From positions 186,001 to 250,000 of the forward strand of contig NMRA01000237.1 of the NCBI GenBank assembly GCA_002633005.1: DNA of 64,000 bases. Direction: 5' to 3'. This stretch comes from Phoronis australis (taxonomy: Eukaryota; Animalia; Phoronida). The position numbers and the translations under genes were made by a program. The notes under the pieces are model-generated. The model had not been told where the DNA came from. It saw only the letters and a program-made list of their open reading frames with translations, and made no database searches. Below, in pieces: positions 26,663 through 37,803 of the stretch (position 1 is the stretch's first letter; each line of letters opens with the position of its first letter).

Positions 26663-27511
26663 GTACAAAGCAACATGTTGGCTGTTTGTCCACTGTCTCT
26701 TGTTGGACACTATGATGATATGTTTAGGTTGCTTGGTTCTTGTTGGTAGCTATTACTGAACATGCTGCATTACTTTGTTTTGTTCTAGCTGTCTACTTTC
26801 TACTAAAATATTCTCATCTTACTTAGCTTCTGTGTATCAGTATGCTTTCTTAATCTTTGCTGATATTTAGCTTGCTTATTTTGTTCTTGCGAAGGATTTA
26901 AACTTCTGTCCGTCCCTTTCCCAAACTTATGGTGTCATAAGATGTCTTTATTGTTTCTTAATTGTTCCCATTCATACGTGTTAGCTTGTATTCCTGCATT
27001 TATCTCCCTTTGACCTTGCCAGTCCTCCCCTTTCCCCGTTTAACAACGCTGTGCACTGGTAAACATAGTGTTACTCCCTGTTAGACATATAAGACCATTT
27101 ATCTTTTCAGGTCACAGGTATCTATTAAGATCCTTGTTGTTACCTCAGTGCACGAACTTGTCATGCATGATCTACTGTTTATTGCTCATTTGAAACTGTT
27201 TTAATGACATGCCTGCGTCTACATTTAAAGTGAAAAATCTTTAGCCTGTGGATGATATGTACCCATTGTTTCCATAAGATTATACGTCAAGTTCTTAACT
27301 GATTTTACCTCTGAACTAAGCTTAAGGTACGTTTTCCTCGCACTATTGGTTTAGCTACTTTCATCCTTTTATTTTTCCAGCATCAGACTACTGACTGTAA
27401 TTTACAAATCTTACTCTTAACTGTCACTTCAAATTCTTCCTCACAAATTCTTTTTCATTTCCATTGATTCTTTTGCTTAACTATTGCCAAAACTGATCAT
27501 TATTCTTAAAG

Positions 27512-27745
27512 ATGTAATCGAAACTTTTCCAGAAGTGACAGAAGCTCAGCCAGAGGTAGTTGATCTCGATGTACTAGATGCACCCACTGAGGCTGGAATT
27601 ACGGTTGTTGTGGACCAAGAACATCTCACCGCTGAACAGGAGGAACGTCCCCTTATGGAGACCACGGAAGCAACAGAGGAACAGCCTACTCAAACTGTGA
27701 TCGAATTTGTGTTTGATGATGTTGTAGTTTCCGAGAAACAGACTG
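27512..27745 (+). CDS. Acidic linker exon (234 nt, phase 1-1)
   Basis: ttcttaaag|AT; DVIETFPEVTEAQPEVV...SEKQT; G|gtgagt. Confidence 0.85.
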
Positions 27746-27949
27746 GTGAGTTCACACTGGATAATGTTAACATGTCTGTCAAGTTGTTGAAGAGTGCAGT
27801 TTACTGCTGTTTTCCCTGTGCAAAAATGTTTCATATACCAAAAGACTTTCAGAGCACCAAAAGTTGTTGACAATTCTTCAGTTCTTTGGTACAAAATAGT
27901 TGTTTCCTAGTTTTGAAAGGCTATCTGTTGTGGAGAATAAGTTGGTGAG

Positions 27950-28244
27950 GAATAGATTAGATAATCACTTACTTAGAGATGATTCAGGTTAGATGCAGAC
28001 ATTTCGGCCTGGTCCGCCAGGCTTTTTTCGATGACTGAGGGGTTTCCCGCCTTTCCCTTATTAAGTATGGCCCCAGTTCAAGAGGGGGCGCTACCTGATG
28101 ATATTTATGGATTCTTTCAACGTGCGAGCATACCAATTCTGTTCTTTGGCTAAGATGTTGGATGATTCAAGGGAGATGGCGGACCAAGACGAAACATCTG
28201 CGTCTAACCTGAATTGTCTGTAAGTAAGTGATTATCTTCTATTC
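27950..28244. mobile_element. Palindromic element with about 70-bp imperfect inverted arms
   Basis: Left arm gaatagattagataatcacttacttagagatgattcaggttagatgcagacatttcggcctggtccgcca matches the reverse complement of about 28177-28244. Confidence 0.85.
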
Positions 28245-28630
28245 AAAAGGCTACCTGGTTGTTAATTTTGTCAATAATTGTTTTCTTATGACAGCTATAG
28301 GCTATCATCCTAACCATGAGGTGGAGTTTTCTGTTGAGGAATTTTATAAAATGCTATTTTATTTTCTACCATATTCTGTCCTTAAAAGATGAATTACAGT
28401 TAGTTCTCTAAACTTCTTGGTTGAAGAGTGGCAGTTTTTTTCTATAATTATGTAGTAGCGGATCCAGAGATGTTGCCCAGAAGATGCAGACTGCCTCTTT
28501 GGCCACCTTTGTGTTACCATAATAGAGAAATATGAAGTGCCTTCTTTTATTGTCCTTGATTTGGTCATGATCCTGGGTGTGCTGCTGGCATGGTATTTAA
28601 ATTTTTGACAGACCTGCCTTTGCAGCAACA

Positions 28631-28993
28631 CAGGGTGTCCCAAAAATGTAGTCCATACTTCAGTGTAATTCCTGGACTTCAAATTTAATTCCCGTGGACC
28701 AAACTCTGCGCATGGGCTTAAGGTACAGTTACACCTTGCGGTGAAAGTAAGCATCTGAGCCATCATGTATTCTGTATGCACGGGAATGCCCAAACAAAAG
28801 ATTCAGTTTTTGGAGAAGGAAAATTCATTGCGCAGTGATACTGGAAACTCAAAAAGTCAAAGAAATACCTTTGGTGTAAACACTTCTTTTTTAGTCTCCT
28901 CTTCACGAAGTTAAATCAGTAATGTTGCTCCTTACTCAACAAACAAAGCAGTTATTGTCATTTGAAGTGTGAATACATTTTTGGGACATCCTG
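28631..28993. mobile_element. Tc1/mariner-type MITE, 363 bp
   Basis: TIRs cagggtgtcccaaaaatgta / tacatttttgggacatcctg. Flanks are CA/TG rather than a clean TA duplication. Confidence 0.8.
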
Positions 28994-29062
28994 TGTTATT
29001 CTTGCATGGAGTGGCATGATGTAGTCTTCATGGTTTCTCTTTCGTTTGTCCCTTGCATGCAG

Positions 29063-29317
29063 ACACTCCAGAAGCTGTTTATGTAGCTGTTAGCCAGTAT
29101 AATGCCCAGTCTGCTGAGGCCATGAGTCTGCAGGCTGGAGAGAAAGTCCTAGTCTTAGATGACTCTAGGACTGACTGGTGGCTTGCTCAGAAACTGTACG
29201 ACAAGACTGAAGCATGGGCGCCTGCCATGTATCTTCAGCCGCTAGATGAGTACTGCAGACGACTTGAGGAAGTTGTAAAACTCACGGCAGAAGATTTGCA
29301 TGCTGATAGTGCTGAGA
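29063..29317 (+). CDS. SH3 domain exon
   Basis: YVAVSQYNAQSAEAMSLQAGEKVLVLDDSRTDWWLAQKLYDKTEAWAPAMYLQP follows the SH3 pattern. gcatgcag|AC, GAGA|gtaaga; 255 nt. Confidence 0.92.
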
Positions 29318-29852
29318 GTAAGATAACTGCACGTTGTATTCACGTTAATTTCCTGCCATTTCCCACACTTGGTTTGGGTCTTCAGTGTTTTTTGGGTGCT
29401 TCGGTTGTTAGGTGCCTCTATCTTTACATGAAATTACTGGCATCTTAATATTTCTCTTGGAATTCTGATGTTTTTGCACTGTAATTAGTGGGTACCATGC
29501 CTGACTTTGGCATATAGGGGATTCAGCAATATTTTTTTACATTGTTGAATAGGCTTTAAAGTTTACTTGTGATTTGAGTACAAAATGTAACCCGATGAAA
29601 CGCACCTCTGTTCATAGTTCCTCCATTCAAAGATGGTTGTCTGATGACATGGTATTTAATGTCCTCATGCAGTTATGTGCTTTGTAAATTTATTATTGGC
29701 TCATCGGTCACCTTTTTTAAGAAAATTGGTGCAAAATGTGTTTCTGTTGATCAAGATTTAAAGATGTCTCATTTGAATAAATTTAATGACGTAGAGCCTC
29801 TCTAGCTTGTAAGACGCAAGTCCGGACTAATTTTATGACTAACTTCTTCCAG

Positions 29853-30188
29853 ATTCTGATTCCGACGAAGTCCCAGCTTCTCCTATCGTCCAACTAGAAC
29901 CCTCTCGTCCCCATTTCATCTTGCCCCTTCAAAGTCAGTACATCAGCGATGGCCAACCAACCAAATTCCTGTGCAAAGTGGCGGGCACACCCACTCCGCA
30001 CGTCACATGGTTCAAGGAGGCAACCATCTTGGAACCATGTGACGACTTCCGTATGCTTTACCTTGATGATAACACCTGCATGCTGTTAATTACTGATACC
30101 TTTCCTGAAGATGCAGGGATCTACACTGTGGCTGCAAAGAATGAAGTTGGCTCTGCCTGTAGTTCTGCTCATCTAGTTGTACATGAAG
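29853..30188 (+). CDS. Ig domain 5
   Basis: Branch point gactaac, ttcttccag|AT; RPHFILPL...TFPEDAGIYTVAAKNEVG; GAAG|gtgatt. Confidence 0.93.
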
Positions 30189-30220
30189 GTGATTGGTGCT
30201 AACAGCATTCTTCTGATAAG

Positions 30221-30264
30221 CATGAATGTTCATCGCCATGAATGTTCATGGCTATGAATGTTCA
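30221..30264. repeat. 16-bp tandem repeat x3 (atgaatgttca core)
   Basis: catgaatgttcatcgc catgaatgttcatggc tatgaatgttca. Confidence 0.7.
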
Positions 30265-31371
30265 GTGGCGTGTTGAAGCTTTGAGCTAACAGTGCTTTTG
30301 AGCCCATCGTCAAGTCAGGTCGGAAACCTCTGTTGGCTCGAAGCTACTCCAAGTTTTTAACACAGTATCCAGCTTGTGCATTCTTCTCTGTGACTACTTA
30401 CTAGATCCCACTCTGGCGTGAGGATCAAATTTTTAGATAGTGACTGGAGCTTTGCTTAAGTTTTCTTGGCTAGGTTTGAAATGAGTGATTGAAGTACAGC
30501 AAAACTTACAAAAATGAGACGTGCATCACTTCGTTTTTCGCTTAACTCGGGCAAAGTTCCATGGTACGGTTGTTCTAGTTTGTGCGCCCCACCCTTCAGA
30601 TTAGTCAGATATCCCCTTTCTCATATAAACTCTCGATCCTGTTTCATGTTTCACTGTCAGTATATCATGGTTTCACGCCTGAAGTCATCAGATACTGCAA
30701 AAAATACAGTCCTGCTTTAGGTTGGTTTTCATTCTTCAGTGATTCATATGTTTCTGTGTCAGCAAATACATGTTACGTTTAGTAGCTAGAAGACAACCTT
30801 TTTTACTTTGTAGTAATTTATATGGATGCATGTAAAACACAGGCTTGAAGCAGTTGTAGACCCGCATTTTGTGCAAAAAGCAAACTTTCGATTGAGACTA
30901 CTTGCCATAAGTTGGTCTCAACTTACTGAGATGAGTAGGGATTTCTGTTTTCAAAGTAATGACAGCTCGTTATTTCTTGAAACCATGCCCGGAACATCAA
31001 ATGACCTACAGAGATAAGCTGCTTTGTATAGCCTGGTTTCAAGCAATAATGAGCTGCCAGTTGTTGGAAGCCCTGCGATCATCTCCAGTTTGACTAAGGA
31101 ACGATTCAATACCAGTTTCGTAACTACAGTAAGTGGTCTTAATCAAAAGATGATTTTTGTAATGGAAGGTGGATTAATTTTTATTGCAGCTACTTTAAAG
31201 GTACTCCCCATAGATATACCATGGAACACTTGATTAATTACTTTGGCATGTCACAAGTGCAATAACTCCATTATTATTTTCTTTGCATTAGCTTTCAATT
31301 TGGTATAAGATGATTTGCAACTGTGCATCTGATCTCACATAATTAGTCATAATCCCATTGCTGACGTCACA

Positions 31372-31625
31372 CTATATGTTGATATCCCTGACCAATATTT
31401 ATTAACATCCCTGACCAATATCAATTAACAGTTCTGATCAGTATGTATTAATATCCCTGACCAATGTGAATCGATATCTCTGACCAAAATGTATTCCCTG
31501 ACCAGTAGTTATGTATTCATATTCCTGGCCAGTTTGTATTAATATATTTGACCAATATGTATTTATATGTCTGACTAATGTGTATTAATATATCTGACCA
31601 ATATGTATTAATATCCCTGACCATG
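31372..31625. repeat. Minisatellite, about 23-bp unit (atatccctgaccaatatgtatta), about 11 copies
   Basis: ctgacca recurs roughly every 20-26 bp up to about 20 bp before the acceptor at 31646. Confidence 0.9.
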
Positions 31626-31645
31626 CTGAATATTCTATAACCCAG

Positions 31646-31749
31646 GTGTTGGAGCTCCCACGTTCAAATATAAGCCCAAGTTCCAGCAGGTTGAGGCTGG
31701 AGAGTCTGCCTTATTTGAGTGTGCCCTCACAGCAGCGCAGGTACCAGAG
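31646..31749 (+). CDS. Ig domain 6, N-half
   Basis: cccag|GT; GVGAPTFKYKPKFQQVEAGESALFECALTAAQVPE|gtaaga. Not in the ORF track. Confidence 0.88.
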
Positions 31750-32791
31750 GTAAGACCAGTTGTATCCAACTTACTCACTTCTCATTCTGGTGGATGACAG
31801 TGAGGTCTTTTTGAGAGTAGCTAGTGTCACGATACAAAACTTTTGTTTTGAAAAATGTTCGCCCAAGGCAATGTGTTTGCATCATTTGTCGCAGTCCAGG
31901 TAAAACATGCATACTGCATTAAGTTCAAAAGTTGTAACTAGAAAGTAAATTAAAAATATGGTAAAGTTTCTTTAAAACACAATACGAGAACTTGTTTTTT
32001 CAAAATTTTCATCTAAAATGTAAACTGAAAGAAAACTTTTGGAAATTTTTGTTGTGTAACTGTCATCAACAAAAATCAAGGTTTCAGACTGTGAACATCG
32101 AAACCTGATTCTGTTTTAAGTTTATTTAAAACTTCCCGCTCTAATCTACCTTTAGGAAATGCCTTCAACCCCCACCAGTGGCTACGTTAGGCCACGACAC
32201 TATTGGATTGTAATGGACTGTCTTGAGTGACTAGAGTTCACTCGGGTCAGTTCAGGCCAGCTGGGAAATGGTTTTCTTTGTTCCCAGGTTAAACTGATAG
32301 TTTCTAAATAAGTATGTGGACTTGAGTCTAGGGAATGATTTACCTTTGTCAAATTTTGACGAAAACAATGAAATTCAATGTGAATCCACAATGAACTACT
32401 TTGTGCAGTGCCACAGAACTAAGTGATCTGTTCTTAGGGCAAGTTTTGCCGCCGAAATAAGTTCTTCACATCAAGATGTTTAAATTTTGAAGAGTTTGTA
32501 ATTCTCAGTGCGATCTCGCTTCTTCATTAAAAGTAGTTCCACTTACAGTCCAGGACTAATTTTGATGTTTATTGATAGTGAATTATCTTTTATTGAACTT
32601 TGATGAAAACAACAGTCCAGGACTAATTATCATGTTTATTGCTCTCACAGTATGTGCAGGTAATAACTTACTCGAGTTTTTGATAGATACGTGTCTGGTT
32701 CAGTCGCTGAAGTCTCTGAGATTGCGTCACGACCATTTCACGTCATGTGTTTGCCTTATCATTGGCTGAAGCTCTGGCTTATATCTTCCAG

Positions 32792-32990
32792 GTCCAATGG
32801 TACCACAATGATCATCTCATCTCTTTTGATGATTACCCTAACTCAGAAACTAATGTCGTATCTGATGGGACCACCCACACGGTCTCTCTAGCACTGCAGC
32901 AAGTCCGACCTGAAAACTCTGGTGCCTACAAGGTTACATGCACCACAGAACAAGGCGAAGCTACAATGACCGTATCTCTAATAGTCAGCG
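32792..32990 (+). CDS. Ig domain 6, C-half
   Basis: atcttccag|GTC; VQWYHND...PENSGAYKVTC...LIVS; G|gtgggt. Confidence 0.9.
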
Positions 32991-33672
32991 GTGGGTATTT
33001 TTACATGCTATTATCTACTCTGGTATAATTATTAGTTGCCTCTGTCAGATGGGAAAAGGGTATGGTTTTAATTATCGATCATAGCATTATTCCCTCTTGA
33101 ACGTATCTATAAGGTCCAATAAAAAGTATAGAGGTTGCTGTTGCTGTTATTGGTTTTTATTTCCAGAAATAAAAATGATGGCTAAGCTTCAAAGAATAAG
33201 AAATTCATTGCGGCAATCTATGATTGGATGAACCTAAACCTGATTAATTGAAATACATTGCAAATATCTAAAGTAAAGGTAGACCGAGTAAAATTTGCGT
33301 GTGCCACAAATAGTCTATATCATAGTCCCTCGGTTACACTGTTTATTAGAATGATGGGCTTGTGTTAATATGTTGAAATGTATTGAGAAACGTTTCCAGC
33401 AGCCAAGTCTTGAGTTTTGTGTGAGTGAAAGAATCCCTTTCATGCACAAGAATTTCAATGTTGATGAACCGTCTGCAAAAAGGATCAGGCAGCCTTGTGG
33501 GGCATCATAGGGGAAAGTGGGGCTAATTGTAACATGGCTCAGTTTTAACACTCCTGTGGACCAAGTTGTCCTTCAAGCAAAAAACGTTTCAAACAACCCC
33601 ACTCTCCCCTGTATTCTTTAGGGACTGAATGCAAAAACTGAAAAATGAAAACTTGATTCAAACTTTTATCAG

Positions 33673-33805
33673 AAACCCAAAAAGCAACGACCGACTTCCG
33701 TGATAAGTTGCAGCGGGCTCACGTCAAGGTGGTAGAGAAGAGTTCCTCTCGAAGGTCTTCACAAATTGAGCAGCTGGACTTCAGAGATCATCTCAGAGAG
33801 ATCGA
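33673..33805 (+). CDS. Basic linker exon with two DFRxxL motifs and RRSS (phase 1-2)
   Basis: cttttatcag|AA; ETQKATTDFRDKLQRAHVKVVEKSSSRRSSQIEQLDFRDHLREI; GA|gtgagt. Needed to convert phase 1 to the phase-2 acceptor at 36574. Confidence 0.88.
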
Positions 33806-35692
33806 GTGAGTAGACATTTTCAGACATCGTCTTGAAAATAACGAAACTGGTTTAAGTATGTGTTCAGAATGGGTAGGAGGAGGGTAGTGAATTGTTTAGG
33901 TTGCAACAGTAACAATTCTCTAGTTTGGGCATTTCCTAAAACTTGGGACATGGAAATTCTGGCCGAATTTCGTTTTTCTTGATTCTAAAGATTATGATGT
34001 GGGCAATTTAGGTTTTCATCAAAGTTCTCAAATGTCGGACAATTTTGCGTTTTTGAATCAATGGAGTTTGAAAACAGACTTGATAGTTCTTAAAATCGTA
34101 AAAGTTAGCCAGCAATGTGACGTTTTCACGCGCCCTCGTAGTGTTTAATTCCGAAGTGAACGGTCGTGTGTTGTTGATTTTCATAGCCAGCATTGCCAGA
34201 TGTTTCTAAAATTTGGTACAAGCTCCAACCTTGAGCAAAATAATTAATTTTTCACTGTCCCAAATGGGAATATTTTTACCATATTTATGCTATGGACACA
34301 CCAACATCAACTTAATGGCTAAGGCCATCCGAGTCCTCTCTCTGCTTCTCTTAATGCTTTTGTTAACTCTAGTTGTTTATTGTTTGTATGTTAATCCTCC
34401 TGCTTCAGTGTTTCATATTGTCTTCTGCGTTTGTCGTATAATTTACTGTTCCCAAGTTGGCTTCATGTAACTAACATTTTTGTATTTTCTACTACCGAAG
34501 TATCTATAGACCCGGCTTCTGTCAAAGAAACGAAATTTTGATTTCGACTACTTAACCATTTTGGAACTGACACAAACTTCCTTTCTCAGATGAGAGGGGA
34601 TTTATGCTCTTAGAAAAAACTGACAGAGCTTTGTTGCTAGAGACCGTGGTCAGCGCATAAAATGACACATCGTGGCAAACCAATTTGTAGAGCCTGGTCT
34701 CAGCTCTTTCCATGAATAGAATTCACCTGTAAAATCACGTACTAAAAACAGCTTACTTGAGATCGATTTTTGATTATGGTAAATGGTTTAAATCAAAGGG
34801 TAGTTTTTGTGATGAACAGCGAGTTGATCACTGCTTAAATGTTTTTTGTAATCTCTTCTGTTCTTTTGTATTGTGTTGTATTGTATCATTGTTTAGCATG
34901 CTACGTAGAATTACTAAAATCCATTCTGTCTCCTGTCCGTGTACCACATACGAGATCTCTACACAATTTTGGTAGTAGTAGATTTAGATGTTTTCAAGTA
35001 ATTTAGTTCTAACTTTAGCCTGAGGCACTCACCAACTTTCAAGCCAATGAGCTAATTTTGCGGCCTGAAGAATTCAATATTTGGTTTTCTTAAATATAGA
35101 CTAACAACACTTTTGCACTTCACAATCACATTTCACAGCAGATTTATAGGGAGCTTTGTATTTCTGCCTGCCTTGCCTCGCTGCATCTCACTGTGCTTAG
35201 ACAAGGTTTTTAGCTGACTTCGCAAATATTTTTAAGTCTGGTCCGCATGCCACTTGCACATCATATATTCTTTGGGGTTTTTAGTTTTTCCATCAGGTTC
35301 TTGGTCCGAATCTTACGCCAAGACACTCTCATGAATTTATCAAAGTCATGTCATCTTTGCACAAATCAGATGACTTGGTTAAGACAATTTTCACTTTTGA
35401 CACCTTTGTTATGTGGAAACTAACACCAAGGCACTTCATATAAATTAACTACTTTTATTGACTCTCTCCTTCGACCAAAAGTACGTCTTGGTTAAGGCAA
35501 CTGTCTCTTACATAGGCATCGTTCTTATGTCTAGTTCATTTAACAATCTGCAAAAGTAACACCCTTTTTCTGCACATTCACAATTCACCACGCTGCATTG
35601 GTTTAGATATGGTACCACTTCACTCGACTAGCGTTCACCAGGTACTCGTGACTAAAAGCAAGTATTAATCATACTATGTTGCTAACTCACAG

Positions 35693-35773
35693 GAAAATTC
35701 GCTTTGGTACCAGGCGGTCCCTGACAGAACAAATTGACTTCAGATATTTACTTAAACCTGTTCCCAAACGAAT
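35693..35773 (+). CDS. 81-nt symmetric (phase 2-2) exon with the third DFRxxL motif
   Basis: Branch point gctaac, tcacag|G; EKIRFGTRRSLTEQIDFRYLLKPVPKR; AT|gtaagt. Confidence 0.85.
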
Positions 35774-36573
35774 GTAAGTGTAACTCGTATACTGAATGTC
35801 TTAACTCTATGTGCTACTAATTATGTGTCAATAATTTCCTGTTATTTTGTAAAACGTGTTGTAAACCTGTTAATGGAAAAGCAGTAAATTCTTTTGTTTT
35901 CAATTTCAGTTTTTTACGCCTGATGGTAATGCAACTAAATATTTGTTGGGGGGGGGGGTCTTAAAATGTGACATTGGGATTTTTATTTTCTAAACTATTG
36001 TCATGGTGCATATGATAACAGCAAATAGATTTCTCCGTATCTCTATGTATTGGAGTCTTGTTAGATGCTCATTGTTCTTGTTAAAGAGCTGCGTCATTTC
36101 TTATTCAGGCTAGGGAAAGGATAGATTACAGCAATGCGCCCAAATTGTCGAGTAAATACCAAGATCCTTTTTTAAACCCATAATCATTTTTGTGCTTTGG
36201 TAACATTTTTGTTGTTTGGTCTGCGTTTCAACTGTGCATATAATACTTTGGATATGGGATTTGTCCATTCACTCTCTAATTTTGTCTGCATTACTGCTGC
36301 ACAAAAAGCAGCTATCAGATTTTGTACATATAGAAGGTATGGATTTCTATTAAGTCATGCTACCTTGGGACTACCTGGTGATTTGTATGCTGCAAAAGAT
36401 AACTGGAATATATAAACACATACTTTAATTGTCTACTTTCTCACAAAGTTAAAAATACAATTTGGTAAATAAAATTTTAGTTTGTGTGTATGTCGAAGTT
36501 CGTTTTCGGGCTAATAAGTCACGGATTTGATGAGCTTTAGCAATGTTGACTCATCATTTCCTTTGTTTTCTAG

Positions 36574-36884
36574 ACAAGAGCCAATACCAGTATCTGACGA
36601 GAGAGCTCCATTCTTCACTGTCGTGCCAAACAGTGCACATGTCAAAGAAGGCGAGCCTGTCAAACTCACACTCACGGTCACCGGGAACCCCCAGCCAGAG
36701 GTCACGTGGTATCACGACACCACGCTCATTGAGACTGGAGATGTGTATAAGGTGACAGAGTCAGAGACCGGAGAATGGACAGTGGAGTTGGCCGAGGCAT
36801 TCCCTGAGGATGCCGGCTTGTACACAGCCATAGCCTTCAACCAGGCAGGTGAAATCAGAACGGAAGCTACGCTCATTGTGGAAG
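36574..36884 (+). CDS. Ig domain 7
   Basis: ttttctag|A (phase 2); APFFTVVP...AFPEDAGLYTAIAFNQAG; GAAG|gtatgt. Confidence 0.93.
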
Positions 36885-37803
36885 GTATGTCTTGGCATGC
36901 TGACACGAATGTCATATCTAGACCACTGTGTGTTGTGCTGACATGTGAGAATACAAAGTAGCAGCAAATGGTTTATTCAGGAACAAACAAACTTACACAT
37001 TGGCACTATTCTCATCGTGCGCAGAACTGTATTGTTTGTTCTGCTCTGTCAGTGTAGCACTTGAACTGTGACTGAGCCACTCTTTCTGAATTTGTATCTG
37101 GATACCAGGTCACAAAAAAGATCTGTTGAACCGTGGCAATTGTCACAGCTTTTCCACTGAATCACCTGCATCTGAATGAGTTACCCAAAATGGAATGAGT
37201 TTACACCCTTCACTTTAGTTCAAACCTTTAAAGAGAAAAAAACAGCATATTCGGTGTTATTCTCACTACGACTTTGAACCGCCGATTATTTAAAATATAT
37301 TTCAACTTTAAATTTTTGTTTTCCTGCTCCTCATAAACTGCATGGATTGTCAGTGAAGTGAAGTTGATTGCGTTACTGTCTTGTTTCTCTGTTTCATTTC
37401 ACTGAGGAGACACTGTTGGTCACACTCTTGCCTCAGCAGGCAGTGACTGTTTCCTCAGTGAAATGGAGCACAGAAATGACGATTACAGCAACTCCTCCAC
37501 TCCACTGAATTACATGCACAGTCGATAAAAGATGGATCAGCAATTGGCTGAAACATGTGACTAAGACAACCAATGGTTTAGAAAACACCGAAAATGTTGG
37601 GCAGTTACCAAGGTGGAGTGATATACACATTTGACCGTGATCTAATGCGCACCTGTTAGTTATAATATGGAATGATTTGCACTGCCCACTGTGACCCAAA
37701 GTGACCTCAATGGTTTTACCAGAAAGGCTTTTTATCTTGCCCGTGTGCTGAGCCCTCTTTGTTTTCTGTTCATCCTGCATGTTAATCCTTTCTATTTTGT
37801 CAG

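Noticed and set aside
29063-30188. Assignment as obscurin/unc-89 because of the SH3 domain
   Set aside because: No DH-PH RhoGEF follows the SH3, so no gene symbol was given.
37407-37528. Open phase-1 frame after a pyrimidine tract (GDTVGHTLASAG...HSR-stop)
   Set aside because: Rare GAG acceptor, no good GT donor, composition unlike the other exons; insufficient support.
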